DNA from: Eledone cirrhosa | Taxonomy: Eukaryota | NCBI GenBank assembly: GCA_964016885.1 | Contig: OZ024740.1 | Coordinates: 246,264,001-246,328,000, forward strand | Direction: 5' to 3' | Length of the DNA stretch: 64,000 bases | Part shown: one piece after another, positions 48,949 through 63,246 of the stretch | How positions within the stretch are numbered: position 1 is the first letter of the stretch | Layout: each line of letters opens with the position of its first letter | Made by a program: the position numbers and the translations under genes | Notes under the pieces: model-generated | The model's database searches: none | What the model was told of the DNA's origin: nothing | The model's input: only the letters and a program-made list of their open reading frames with translations

Positions 48949-49815
48949 GCTTTTCTTTAGGGCCGCTGAGTAGGGTGGGTTGTACCACGTGATTTGTCGG
49001 TGTCTCCTCCTATATGTGTGGGTTGGGGGCTTTGTGATTTGTTGGAGATTTGTTGGTTTGCTGGTGGTTTCCGCACTGTTGCTTCCCTTTTGGGCTCTAT
49101 ACTTTTTGTTATCTTCACGGCCCGGATTTGTGGGGTGGTTGTTGTCTGCCCCGGGAGATCCATCGTGGGGTGGTCGCCCGTTTCCCCCCCCCCCCCACGT
49201 GTCCTGCGGTTGGGGTTGTCCGTCCTGGGGTAGTTAGCATCACGCCTGAGACTGCTACTCATATTGTGCTCCATCTCGTGGTCAAGCGCACTAGTCCCCA
49301 CCGCCCGTGTGGTGGTGTCTGGTACATGGTGCCTATTTGATTTTGGTGCCTATTTGATTTTACTTCTAAATTGTTAGCAGCAGCAAGGTATAAGCTGACC
49401 ACTACAACAACAACAGTACCAAAATAATGGTGGAGGTCAAATGTACTGAACAATAGCAGGCATAAACACTACAAGGAGCCTCACCCCAGAAAGAATTCTA
49501 TAGACTTCTGACTGAGGAATGCTCTCAGAACTGAACAATGGGAAGTTTGACACATTTTTTGATATTTTGTTCCTTCAACACCTTGTCCCTTCTACCATTT
49601 TATCAATTTTTAAGCTAACTCCAACAATGACAACACTAATAACTGACCAATGAGAGGAGAAGGGGACCTGTGACACGAAAATTCGTTTGTTTGAATTCAT
49701 ATGACTCCAGTTCCCCAGTGAATAAACAACCCAGCAAGGAACTGGGCATATCAGAGTATTGACAATATCATACACCTAAACAACATATGTACTTGTCTAT
49801 ACCATACTAATTCAA

Positions 49816-49870
49816 ACTGCCTGAAGAGGTCACAGCCAAAGATGGCTGTCACTGAAATATATATAGCAGT
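49816..49870 (+). ncRNA. Type I hammerhead ribozyme (inverted copy of 46931-46985)
   Basis: actgc-CTGAAGA-ggtcacagcc..ggctgtcact-GAAA-tatata-TA-gcagt. Confidence 0.8.
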
Positions 49871-50039
49871 AATAAACGAAGCTAAATTTTAATCATTTGA
49901 CTTTTATTTAACTTTATTTTACACTACTCCGGAGTAACCAAACCAACCTGCGCACTTCGTCGAGTGCTCCAGCCTGCATACTGAGGTGTTGGTATACAAC
50001 CAACATAAACTCAAAATATATATATAAATATATATATAA

Positions 50040-50092
<53 letters not shown>

Positions 50093-50093
<1 letters not shown>

Positions 50094-51363
50094 GATATTA
50101 AATAAATGGAAACTATATTTATAAAACCATATTTATTTCATTATATATATTTCAGGGATATCATATTAACAATATGTTATGCCTTCATCAGACAAAATAC
50201 AATATAAACAGTCTTATAAATAAATAGATATGACATACCTTTCAATCGACTTGCATTTGGGAAGTTGATTTGGCAGTAAAAAATATTGTGGACAGTTGTA
50301 AAAAGAAAGAGAGAAAGAAAGAAAGAAAAACGAAGAAAAAGAAGAAATGCGTGTGACTAAATAGAGAGATATAGAAAGATAGATAAAGAGAAGAACTTCA
50401 TGTAAAGGAACAGAGAGAGATATATAGAGAGAGGAAAAAAGAAAGAGATAGATAGAGATAGATAGAGAAACTAGGAAGTTGAGTATCAGTTGATACATTT
50501 ATTTATTTATTTATTTATTTAGCTCTAGTATTAATGTAAAGAGAGATGTATGTAGTTAAGAGAGAAAATAGCCGTTATATAGAGAGAAAAAAGAGAAAAT
50601 GAAAAAGAGAAAATGAAAAATAACCAGACATAAACGAGGCAGAATTTAAAAAACGCTATGTTTCATCATGTAGAAAATATTAGTTCGTATAAAACAGGCA
50701 TTATAATGTAAGTACCAGTATTCATGAATGAGACATGTATCTATAATATGTGAAAAGTAATGATCTTATGTCTAGTTTTTAAAAATTCATATGTTTATAT
50801 CATAATTATAAACAAACTCCCAATTCACACGAAAACATTCTCATTGTGCTATAAAAATTCAAGTATACATATATGTGTGTATATATACACATATATATAG
50901 AGTCTATATTAATTTTAACAATACTATTCTTGTCTTTACTCTACATGATTGTCGATCAAGCAGAAATAGAGAACAGATTTCAATATATTAATAAAAATAA
51001 AAATAACAATAAAAATAAAAATAAAAATATCAGAGAAAAATATCTTTCTTTCTTTCTCTCTTTCTTTTTACAACTGTCCACAATATTTTTTACTGCCAAA
51101 TCAACTTCCCAAATGCAAGTCGATTGAAAGGTATGTCATATCTATTTATTTATAAGACTGTTTATATTGTATTTTGTCTGATGAAGGCATAACATATTGT
51201 TAATATGATATCCCTGAAATATATATAATGAAATAAATATGGTTTTATAAATATAGTTTCCATTTATTTAATATCATAAATATACTCCAAATACTTGTTG
51301 AGTGCTTTTATATCAGTTATAAATATTTACTCGTTGTTAACCCAACAATTTAAATATAACTTT

Positions 51364-51367
<4 letters not shown>
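50093..51367. mobile_element. ORF-less pLTR pair in inverted orientation (family of 7630-10351); HHRs at 50135-50198 (-) and 51171-51234 (+)
   Basis: Homologous to ~7630-8690; core CTGATGA. Confidence 0.8.
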
Positions 51368-51399
<32 letters not shown>

Positions 51400-51444
51400 T
51401 ATTAAACGGATTGGACACTACCGTAAACTCTTGGTAGATTTATC

Positions 51445-51500
<56 letters not shown>

Positions 51501-51547
51501 AATATGTATATATATATAAATATGTATATATATATATATATATATAA

Positions 51548-51602
<55 letters not shown>

Positions 51603-51666
51603 TATATATATATAAATATGTATATATATATATTAATATGTATATATATATATATATATAAATATG

Positions 51667-51726
<60 letters not shown>

Positions 51727-51836
51727 TGTATATATATATATATATATAAATATGTATATATATATATATATAAATATGTATATATATTTATATATATATA
51801 TATATTATATATATATATAAATATGTATATATATAA

Positions 51837-51867
<31 letters not shown>

Positions 51868-52397
51868 AATAAGAGGAATTCCAACTTTGTCTGATTTACT
51901 CGTTTTATTTACAATCCTTTAAAATATATATAATGGTATTATAATGAAATAGTATGATAGAATATTAAATTCTAAGTGTTAATTGAACAAGTACTTTCAT
52001 GCTTTCGCAATCTTCAGGTTCATGATATGTGGTGACAGTCGAGTTTGCAATTTTCAACTGTAATGAGATGGGTAAATTTCCTACCTTTTATACATTTTAT
52101 ACAGAGAAAAGTGGCTCCAGAATGCAAAGCCCTGTAAACTGTATTTCGACCAATCAGTGTGTAGTTTCACTGAATTACTACAGCTGATTGGTTTAAGCGT
52201 CACGGCTGGTTGAACATGCTAACGACCAATAGTCATATCCAACGTATCAATTGTTTTGCTTTTTTGAAATGATGAAAATAGCATTTTCTATTAATCATCA
52301 CCATCAACATCACTTTTATTATTATTATTATTGTTGTTGTTGTTGTTGTTAGTGGTCGTGGTCATAGTGGTAGTAGAAGTAATACCCCTAGGCGTTA

Positions 52398-53048
52398 TTA
52401 TTGTTCATTTAGCTTGGGTTTGAATTTATCAATAAAATTCTTTTCTTTGATTTTTCTCTTGATTTCATTTGGGCTGTGTAATTTGTAGAATGGGAATATT
52501 ATAAATATTCCCTGACCACATGTTGCCAGGTGGCCGCTTAGGGGTATCTGACGGACATTTGGGTCTCTGATTTGTTGACGGTGTACCCGTGCACGTTCCG
52601 ATAGTGCATTTCCAGTTTGACCGACATATAGTTCTTCACAATTCGGGCATTTAATGCAGTAAATTAGATTTCTGCTTTTGCAGTTCATATTTGCATTTGT
52701 GAATATTTTTCCAGTTTTTGTTTTCATATATTGACCGGCGTGTATGGATTGACATGTGCCGCATCGATTATCATTGCATTTAGATACAGTGAATGATTGG
52801 TCTTTGTTGTTAAGGTCAAACTTTGCTTTTGTTAGCAATTGCTTCAAATTTTTTGGCTGTCTTTTACTAAGAGTCAAAGATCGATCTGTGATTAAGCCTT
52901 TTAATTCATTACTTTGAGCAATGATCGGTAGGTTTGCTTTGGCAGTGTTGAAGATATTCTGGTGACATGGGTTGTGTGTCATTATAAATGGTATGACCAG
53001 TTCTTGGTTTCTTCTTCTTTGGGTTGTTCTAAGTTGTTGTATATACAA
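52398..53048 (-). pseudogene. PLE GIY-YIG endonuclease fragment
   Basis: NLIYCIKC..C..LYVGQT...ER..VH. Confidence 0.85.
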
Positions 53049-53062
53049 CTTGTATATACAAC

Positions 53063-53713
53063 TTGTATATACAACAACTTAGAACAACCCAAAGAAGAAG
53101 AAACCAAGAACTGGTCATACCATTTATAATGACACACAACCCATGTCACCAGAATATCTTCAACACTGCCAAAGCAAACCTACCGATCATTGCTCAAAGT
53201 AATGAATTAAAAGGCTTAATCACAGATCGATCTTTGACTCTTAGTAAAAGACAGCCAAAAAATTTGAAGCAATTGCTAACAAAAGCAAAGTTTGACCTTA
53301 ACAACAAAGACCAATCATTCACTGTATCTAAATGCAATGATAATCGATGCGGCACATGTCAATCCATACACGCCGGTCAATATATGAAAACAAAAACTGG
53401 AAAAATATTCACAAATGCAAATATGAACTGCAAAAGCAGAAATCTAATTTACTGCATTAAATGCCCGAATTGTGAAGAACTATATGTCGGTCAAACTGGA
53501 AATGCACTATCGGAACGTGCACGGGTACACCGTCAACAAATCAGAGACCCAAATGTCCGTCAGATACCCCTAAGCGGCCACCTGGCAACATGTGGTCAGG
53601 GAATATTTATAATATTCCCATTCTACAAATTACACAGCCCAAATGAAATCAAGAGAAAAATCAAAGAAAAGAATTTTATTGATAAATTCAAACCCAAGCT
53701 AAATGAACAATAA
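53063..53713 (+). pseudogene. PLE GIY-YIG endonuclease fragment (mirror copy)
   Basis: Identical translation to 52398-53048. Confidence 0.85.
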
Positions 53714-54088
53714 TAACGCCTAGGGGTATTACTTCTACTACCACTATGACCACGACCACTAACAACAACAACAACAACAATAATAATAATAATAAAAGTG
53801 ATGTTGATGGTGATGATTAATAGAAAATGCTATTTTCATCATTTCAAAAAAGCAAAACAATTGATACGTTGGATATGACTATTGGTCGTTAGCATGTTCA
53901 ACCAGCCGTGACGCTTAAACCAATCAGCTGTAGTAATTCAGTGAAACTACACACTGATTGGTCGAAATACAGTTTACAGGGCTTTGCATTCTGGAGCCAC
54001 TTTTCTCTGTATAAAATGTATAAAAGGTAGGAAATTTACCCATCTCATTACAGTTGAAAATTGCAAACTCGACTGTCACCACATATCA

Positions 54089-54127
54089 TGAACCTGAAGA
54101 TTGCGAAAGCATGAAAGTACTTGTTCA
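54089..54127 (+). ncRNA. Minimal type I hammerhead ribozyme (mirror copy at 51984-52022, -)
   Basis: tgaac-CTGAAGA-ttgc-gaaa-gcat-GAAA-gtac-TT-gttca. Confidence 0.78.
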
Positions 54128-54405
54128 ATTAACACTTAGAATTTAATATTCTATCATACTATTTCATTATAATACCATTATATATATTTTAAAGGATTGT
54201 AAATAAAACGAGTAAATCAGACAAAGTTGGAATTCCTCTTATTAATATAATCTTCTATACACAATCATACACACCCGTGTATATTTACCTATCTATATCT
54301 ATATATATATATATATATATATATAAATATGTATATATATATATATAAATATGTATATATATATATATATAAATATGTATATGTATATATATATATATAA
54401 ATATG

Positions 54406-54443
<38 letters not shown>

Positions 54444-54445
54444 TG

Positions 54446-54505
<60 letters not shown>

Positions 54506-54646
54506 TGTATATGTCTATATATATATATATATATATAAATATGTATATGTATATATATATATATATATATATAAATATGTATATGTCTATATATATATAT
54601 ATATATATATAAATATGTATTTATATATACATATATACATATTTAT

Positions 54647-54680
<34 letters not shown>

Positions 54681-55160
54681 CATATTTATATATATATATA
54701 CATATTTATATATATATATACATATTTATATATATATATATATACATATTTATATATATATACATATTTATATATATATACATATTTATATATATATACA
54801 TATTTATATATATATATATACATATTTATATATATATACATATTTATATATATATACATATTTATATATATATATATACATATTTATATATATATATATA
54901 TATACATATTTATATATATATATATACATATTTATATATATATACATATATATATATACATATTTATATATATATATATACATATTTATATATATATACA
55001 TATATATATATACATATTTATATATATATATATACATATTTTATATATATATATATACATATTTATATATAATATACATATTTATATATATATACATATT
55101 TATATATACATATTTATATATATATACATATTTATATATATATACATATTTATATATACA

Positions 55161-55228
<68 letters not shown>

Positions 55229-55358
55229 AATATATATATATTTATATATATATATGTATATTTATATATATATATATTTATATATTTATATATATATATA
55301 TATGTATATATAATAAGGGTTGACGGACCAGCATATTTATCAATACCAGTACCAGTTG

Positions 55359-55396
<38 letters not shown>

Positions 55397-55397
<1 letters not shown>

Positions 55398-58300
55398 ATT
55401 TATTAAAATAACAGATTAAAGTTTAAGCAAAGAATCGCTTAACGGGATCTTCTGAAACTAACAAAGTCAATCTGTAAACGCAGAAGTGGATATTTCAAAA
55501 AACGTTGCAACCGGAGGAAGACTGGAAGACGATACTTTGATTCGTGGAAACGTTCCCTTCACAAAACATACAGGTAATATATACTTACCTATGCAAATAA
55601 GTAATGGTATAAACATAACATATACTTAGCTACCACATCAAGACGTAAAATATACACGTATAGAACGTACTATCTGTTAGGGTATAATGTGGGGCTGTAA
55701 TACAGGAAAGTTTTGTGCAATTTATGTTTACAAGCCGAAATTGCCTCAGATTTTTTGTTTAAGATGTGGTCTGTGGCGTAGAGTATTTCCAGGGCCTCAG
55801 CGGTGCAGAGGTCACATGGTCTTTTATTTCCGTTATACGATCTAGCCCTAGCTAGGATCTCCCAGTGTAACTTATATTGGGTGTGGTTGTCTTTTAGACT
55901 CCAGATATAAGCCGAAAGTGACGTCATATTCCTTCTTAGAGGGTAACGAAAAGAATGGGTATGCATGTAAAGACGCTGCTTGAATCTATTGGCGGTTAAC
56001 CCTATGTAGGCCCTACGGGACGTGGGTGTTTCGACCTTACATTTGTAGACAATGTTACTAGAGAGGCATTTCCCGGATAGGGGGCAATCAACCCGATTCC
56101 TACAATTACAGTTAGTACTAACTACAGGGTTGCACGTGTTACTACGGCTAGGTAGTTTAGCTAAATTTGAAGCTGTGATGTTATGTGCAAGGTTAGGAGT
56201 CGTAGAGTAAGAAATTTTAATAGTTTTTATATTAAAAATTTTACTATATTTATGTGTTGGGGGAAAATGCTTCGTAATAAGGGAAAGAAAGATCTTAGCT
56301 AATGGTGTGGCTACCTCCATATTATATGGTGGGTTATACCATATAAATGCGACGGGATTTATTTCTTCTAGGTCTATTCTCGTACTCTGTATATGCTACC
56401 TTATCGACAAATCCACTCCGAGCAAGAGCTTCATTGTAATAAGTGGAATAGTCGTTGAAAATATGCTCGTTAGTAGATAGACGGGAAAGCCTCAACGAAA
56501 CGTTTCTTACCAGGTTCTTGGTTATGCTGGCAGGATGGTTGGAATGCTTACTTATGTAATTAAGCGTATCATTCGGCTTTCTATACGGGTAATACAAGCC
56601 ATTCAATAAATTGAGGGTAACGTGGAGGTAATTAACGACCGAGAGGTTGGCCTCAACCTGTATAGAGAGGTTGAAGCCTTTAAAGAAGGCTGTGAGTTCT
56701 TTTCTGAACCTGTTGCAAGCACGAGGGCCGCACTTAGTCATGGTCAAAAGACCATCATCACGGTACAAACCACCGCCCGCGTTGGGGAATTCGTCCTTGA
56801 TAGAGAAAAGAAGGAAAAGGCCGATACGATCATTAACCTCCGCAGAATCGCTGGCGCCCATACTCACGTTGAATGGGGTACTATTGGATTTTTTAATCCA
56901 AATAGAGTCGTCGAAATTAATCACCGACTTACGGTCATTGAGGATGACATCAACTTCGAAATCCTTAACCACTGTGAGTGTTTTAGCGAAATTGATAGCT
57001 CTAAGGAGAAGTGGTAAAGTGATGGAGGAGTAGTAATTATTGATGTCGAATTGGATAAAACGGCAATGTTCCTTGTTGCATATGCCGTTGAACCAATCAA
57101 TATCCGCGAAAGAATTGTTCCACAGTGCAAGAGGGGCCAAACTTCTAATTTCAGGTATAATTCTATCAAGAATCCTTTTACTAAGTCTACCTAAATCGGA
57201 CTTCGTAGGGTTAATAAGCCGAATAGAGGGGTTGTTCGGAAAATTGGATTTGTGATCCTTGAGGGTAAAGTGGAGAGAAATAGGGTCCAGAGGTTCGGTC
57301 CGGTCCAGGATGTTGAGATCAGAGGTGATTTTAAACCCAGCATCGTTAATTTCATTGATGACGCACCGATTAGTTTTACGGTAATCTTTAGTTACAGCAT
57401 TATGTAGTAGTTGATGGTAAGTACTGCGCTCCACTTGATATAGGTTGCCAGTTTTGTCGGAATGGACGTGCACGGCATTAGAATCCTTAATAGAACGAAT
57501 TCTATTCTTCAGGTCCTGCTGGAAGGAATTGCTCCTATTCCGAAATTTGATACTCGGTATGAGTTCCAAGACATCATTTTCGAAGGGTAGCAATGCTGGG
57601 TTACACGGAGGGTAATTATAGGTTTTAAAATCAAATTTATCCTGTTTGTTGTCAGCTTTTCGCGGATTATCGAAATAAAAGGCACGCCAACGCAACCTTT
57701 TAAACAATGCGTCTGTTTTCTGTATCAGGAGTTTTAGGTATGTTTTCCTGCTTGGTACGGGTATGTTTTTTGCAGAAATATTCAGATGTTGTTTCTGCAT
57801 GATGAATATAAGTCAATAGAGTGCTCAAACGAGGGAGCCAAATAGTAATAAATTTGAAGACTAAAATCCAAAGCGGGCTCGATAAAGATAAATATATATC
57901 AAATATATAAGAACCGTAGAGCAAATATTTATTAAAATAACAGATTAGAGTTTAAGCAAAGAACCGCTGCTTTCACCCTTAACAGGATCTTCTGAAACTA
58001 ACAAAGTCAATCTGTAAACGCAGAAGTGGATATTTCAAAAAACGTTGCAACCGGAGGAAGACTGGAAGACGATACTTTGGTTCGTGGAAAAGTTCCCTTC
58101 ACAAAACAGACAGGTAATATATACTTACCTATGCAAATAAGTAATGGTATAAACATAACATATACTTAGCTACCACATCAAGACGTAAAATATACACGTA
58201 TAGAACGTACTATCTGTTAGGGTATAATGTGGGGCTGTAATACAGGAAAGTTTTGTGCAATTTATGTATATATTACCTGTATGTTTTGTGAAGGGGACGT

Positions 58301-58548
58301 TTCCACAAACCAAAGTATCGTCTTCCAGTCTTTCTCCGGTTGCAACGTTTTTTGAAATATCCACTTCTGCGTTTACAGATTGACTTTGTTAGTTTCAGAA
58401 GATCCCGTTAAGGGTGAAAGCAGCGATTCTTTGCTTAAACTTTAATCTGTTATTTTAATAAATATTTGCTCTACGGTTCTTATATATTTGATATATATTT
58501 ATCCTTATCGAGCCCTCTTTGGATTTTAGTCTTCAAATTTATTATTAT
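55397..58548 (-). mobile_element. Full-length Naiad-like PLE: 5' direct pLTR plus inverted pLTR, single frameshift
   Basis: ~55397-55727 repeated at ~57927-58267; ~57843-58122 inverted at 58268-58548; ORFs 56334-57800 and 55670-56320. Confidence 0.93.
55670..57800 (-). pseudogene. PLE RT-GIY-YIG polyprotein (~705 aa), one +1 frameshift near 56345
   Basis: ATG start; SDKTGN, TLKDHK, RLINP, FDI..YYS, YRDDG, AYIGLT..FKQRL..H; removing one base restores RRIIWYNPPY. Confidence 0.9.
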
Positions 58549-58550
58549 CA

Positions 58551-58643
<93 letters not shown>

Positions 58644-58677
58644 AATATATATATTTATATATATAAATATATATATT

Positions 58678-58754
<77 letters not shown>

Positions 58755-58765
58755 ATAAATATATA

Positions 58766-58853
<88 letters not shown>

Positions 58854-58883
58854 TATATATTTATATATATATATAAATATATA

Positions 58884-58926
<43 letters not shown>

Positions 58927-59071
58927 TTATATATATTTATATATATATATATATAAATTTATATATATTTATATATATATATAAATTTATATATATTTAT
59001 ATATATATATGTATATATATAAATTTATATATATTTATATATATATATATATATATAAATATATATATATT

Positions 59072-59249
<178 letters not shown>

Positions 59250-59266
59250 TATATATATATTTATAT

Positions 59267-60538
59267 TACGAAGTTATACGTGGATTACACCAACTCCAGC
59301 CAGAACAACTTAAACTAAATAAATACGCTTTTAGCCTCGACGTTGTCTCCCTCTACACTACAATCTCCGCTCATCCAGCTGTCGATTTATTGACGGACTG
59401 CGTGGTCGCAGAGAACATCCACTGCTACGGCCTCCACCCGACGGACATACACCAGCTTTTGTCCTTCACAGTAGACAACACGTACTTCACCTTCCACCAC
59501 CACACATACAGACAGACAACAGGATTACCCATGGGATCCAGCCTTTCAGGCCTGCTGGCCATCACCTACATGAACCAGCTAGAATGCCGAGCCCTCAACA
59601 CCTGCCATTCCCATACCTTCTTCACCCGATATGTAGATGACATACTCATCCTTACATCATCCCGTGAGGAGGCAGAGAAAATATACACAACATTCTCCAG
59701 CATGGACGCCAGTATAAAGTTCAGCATGGAACACCCCGATGACCGCAGATCCCTATCCCTACTGGACTTCCAACTCAGGGTAACAGAGGAAGGCAACATC
59801 CACACCTGCTTCTATAAAAAATCCGCCAGCAGGGACCTGTTCGTGCATTTCAGATCGGCCCTCCCACTCGGTGCCAAGTTCGGATACATAAAGAACGAAC
59901 TGGCACGTATCAAGAACAAATGCACCGACGCCAGAGACCGAGACACACACACCACACATTTCCTGGAAGTACTCAAACTGAACGGATACACGACATCCAC
60001 CACAAACCGTGTCAGAAAGAACAGAGGACACCACACCCGAGGCACTAACACTTGCTTCCTGAAGCTCCCACACTTCAGTGAAGAAACAACAACAGCCATC
60101 CGCAGAGCCATCAGACGAGAGGGACTGGATATCCAACTGGCCCATTCGGGTCCTTCTCTGCGCGGACGGCTGGCCAAGAGACACTCCACCAGACATGACA
60201 ACTGCTGCAGACTAGCCAACTGCCCCATCAACGACACAGACCTATGCCACCAGGCTTACGTAGTATACAGACTAGAGTGTGACAAATGCAACAACTTCTA
60301 CGTAGGTAGCATCACCAGACCACTCCACATAAGAATAAAAGAACACCTCAATACTAACGCTTCCTCATTTAAGAAACACCTAGTTAAATGCAAAAACACC
60401 GATAAAAACATAACAGTTAGGATAGAAACTAAGGAAAGAAACCTCGGCAATCTTAGAATTAAGGAAGCACTTATTATAGATAAAACACATCCACCAATCA
60501 ATAATAGACTAGAGCTCAACACCCAATTTATAACCTGA
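59267..60538 (+). CDS. PLE RT + GIY-YIG (N-terminally truncated; upstream YI-repeat part of the track ORF is microsatellite)
   Basis: ORF 59009-60538 read from YEVIRG onward. Confidence 0.82.
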   Translation, partial: YEVIRGLHQLQPEQLKLNKYAFSLDVVSLYTTISAHPAVDLLTDCVVAENIHCYGLHPTDIHQLLSFTVDNTYFTFHHHTYRQTTGLPMGSSLSGLLAITYMNQLECRALNTCHSHTFFTRYVDDILILTSSREEAEKIYTTFSSMDASIKFSMEHPDDRRSLSLLDFQLRVTEEGNIHTCFYKKSASRDLFVHFRSALPLGAKFGYIKNELARIKNKCTDARDRDTHTTHFLEVLKLNGYTTSTTNRVRKNRGHHTRGTNTCFLKLPHFSEETTTAIRRAIRREGLDIQLAHSGPSLRGRLAKRHSTRHDNCCRLANCPINDTDLCHQAYVVYRLECDKCNNFYVGSITRPLHIRIKEHLNTNASSFKKHLVKCKNTDKNITVRIETKERNLGNLRIKEALIIDKTHPPINNRLELNTQFIT

Positions 60539-60931
60539 TAGGGCCTCTAGCCCCATATTTACACACCCCACACACACGCACGCGCGCACACACACGCTTA
60601 CACCTCCACTTATTCTCTCTCACACATACACACACAAAACCAGTTCTAACACCAGATAACACCTACCCCCCACTTTTACGATTAGACCTATCTTCCCACA
60701 CTCACACACACACACCCACATACCTTCTCCCACACACATATACAGGCACGTATATAAAATTTAAAAAAAATAAAATAAAATGAACCCTAAACAAACCCCT
60801 CTTAAAGGGAAACTACTCTTTTTCCACCTAATTTTAATTCTTTGATATTAGAGTTACAACAGATACTCTATACTATTTCCGGTCAGCATGGCTTGGCTAG
60901 AGATTTAAGACGCTGGTTTGAGACCTTTATT

Positions 60932-60969
60932 TCCCTCCGAAGAAGAGATATTATCTCGAAAATTAAGGA
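60932..60969 (+). ncRNA. Possible variant hammerhead (U4C)
   Basis: cct-CCGAAGA-agagat-att-atctc-GAAA-at-TA-agg at the PLE 3' end. Confidence 0.45.
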
Positions 60970-61084
60970 CATTTAAATAAATTCAAGGTGAAAGACGAAT
61001 TCTTTTACTATTGCATTCTTTTTTCTATGTCCATACCTGCATTGTTTTGGCCTTATTACACATATTCAAACGTTTATACCTCAT

Positions 61085-61123
<39 letters not shown>

Positions 61124-61207
61124 AATATATATATATAAATATATTTATATAAATATATTTATATAAATATATTTATATAAATATATATATATAAATATAT
61201 ATATATA

Positions 61208-61267
<60 letters not shown>

Positions 61268-61308
61268 TATATATATATAAATATATATATATATAAATAT
61301 ATATATAA

Positions 61309-61341
<33 letters not shown>

Positions 61342-61370
61342 AATATATATAAATATAAATATATATATAA

Positions 61371-61401
<31 letters not shown>

Positions 61402-61402
61402 A

Positions 61403-61433
<31 letters not shown>

Positions 61434-61452
61434 AATATATATATATATAAAT

Positions 61453-61501
<49 letters not shown>

Positions 61502-61536
61502 AATATATATATATATAAATATATATATATATAAAT

Positions 61537-61567
<31 letters not shown>

Positions 61568-61803
61568 AATATATATATATATAATTAAGTTAAAAATGTA
61601 CATCCACATATGTATACTGAAATACTAGTATGCATATGAATACACACACGTGTACATATGTAGATGTATCGAGTTTTTCACTGGACACTTTACTGTGAGT
61701 GTCCAGCTATTCTGTATGTAAACACACAGACAAACCGGTTTTTAGAGTCATACTGGTTTTCGAGGAAACACCTTTCCTCTATTCTACAGAAAGCCAGACA
61801 AGG

Positions 61804-61848
61804 AATATTGGACTAGTTTCGATGTTGTTACATCTCATCAGCAATATT
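61804..61848 (-). ncRNA. Minimal type I hammerhead ribozyme, copy 1
   Basis: aatattg-CTGATGA-gatgt-aaca-acatc-GAAA-ctag-TC-caatatt; GUC site. Confidence 0.92.
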
Positions 61849-62269
61849 TACCTATCTTCCGGCCTTTCTAGAGAATCGTAAAAGCACATATCGTTATATG
61901 CTTTTTCTATGAAAATTAGTAGTGGGCAGACTAATTTGCATAGAGCGTGAGTACATACCGGTTCAGCGGAGACGATAAAAACAAATAACGAAACGAAATT
62001 AAATTTCGTTTCGTTTGTAACTCACTTTTGTATGACTGACGCTTAAACAATTAAGTTAAAAATGTACATCCACATATGTATACTGAAATACTAGTATGCA
62101 TATGAATACACACACGTGTACATATGTAGATGTACCGAGTTTTTCACTGGACACTTTACTGTGAGTGTCCAGCTATTCTGTATGTAAACACACAGACAAA
62201 CCGGTTTTTAGAGTCATACTGGTTTTCGAGGAAACACCTTTCCTCTATTCTACAGAAAGCCAGACAAGG

Positions 62270-62314
62270 AATATTGGACTAGTTTCGATGTTGTTACATC
62301 TCATCAGCAATATT
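62270..62314 (-). ncRNA. Minimal type I hammerhead ribozyme, copy 2
   Basis: Identical to copy 1. Confidence 0.92.
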
Positions 62315-62735
62315 TACCTATCTTCCGGCCTTTCTAGAGAATCGTAAAAGCACATATCGTTATATGCTTTTTCTATGAAAATTAGTAGTGGGCAGACTAA
62401 TTTGCATAGAGCGTGAGTACATACCGGTTCAGCGGAGACGATAAAAACAAATAACGAAACGAAATTAAATTTCGTTTCGTTTGTAACTCACTTTTGTATG
62501 ACTGACGCTTAAACAATTAAGTTAAAAATGTACATCCACATATGTATACTGAAATACTAGTATGCATATGAATACACACACGTGTACATATGTAGATGTA
62601 TCGAGTTTTTCACTGGACACTTTACTGTGAGTGTCCAGCTATTCTGTATGTAAACACACAGACAAACCGGTTTTTAGAGTCATACTGGTTTTCGAGGAAA
62701 CACCTTTCCTCTATTCTACAGAAAGCCAGACAAGG

Positions 62736-62780
62736 AATATTGGACTAGTTTCGATGTTGTTACATCTCATCAGCAATATT
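62736..62780 (-). ncRNA. Minimal type I hammerhead ribozyme, copy 3
   Basis: Identical to copy 1. Confidence 0.92.
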
Positions 62781-63201
62781 TACCTATCTTCCGGCCTTTC
62801 TAGAGAATCGTAAAAGCACATATCGTTATATGCTTTTTCTATGAAAATTAGTAGTGGGCAGACTAATTTGCATAGAGCGTGAGTACATACCGGTTCAGCG
62901 GAGACGATAAAAACAAATAACGAAACGAAATTAAATTTCGTTTCGTTTGTAACTCACTTTTGTATGACTGACGCTTAAACAATTAAGTTAAAAATGTACA
63001 TCCACATATGTATACTGAAATACTAGTATGCATATGAATACACACACGTGTACATATGTAGATGTACCGAGTTTTTCACTGGACACTTTACTGTGAGTGT
63101 CCAGCTATTCTGTATGTAAACACACAGACAAACCGGTTTTTAGAGTCATACTGGTTTTCGAGGAAACACCTTTCCTCTATTCTACAGAAAGCCAGACAAG
63201 G

Positions 63202-63246
63202 AATATTGGACTAGTTTCGATGTTGTTACATCTCATCAGCAATATT
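63202..63246 (-). ncRNA. Minimal type I hammerhead ribozyme, copy 4
   Basis: Identical to copy 1. Confidence 0.92.

Larger units (their letters stand above)
46880..50015 (-). mobile_element. Second copy of the 11545-15360 Naiad-like family, 5'-truncated, with inverted pLTR
   Basis: ORF 48181-48948 GIY-YIG homologous to 13039-13584; ~46880-47440 inverted at ~49361-49920; HHRs at 46931-46985 (-) and 49816-49870 (+). Confidence 0.9.
51862..54249. mobile_element. 2.4-kb near-perfect palindrome of a Penelope/Poseidon-type PLE 3' half
   Basis: Identical 216-aa ORFs 52398-53048 (-) and 53063-53713 (+); symmetry about 53055/53056. Confidence 0.93.
59265..61082 (+). mobile_element. 5'-truncated PLE with uninterrupted RT-GIY-YIG frame
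   Basis: [44 protein letters not shown]. Confidence 0.9.

Noticed and set aside
55515-55560. HHR-like motif on the plus strand (ctggaag..ggaaacgttc)
   Set aside because: Core does not match CUGANGA and it is antisense to the element
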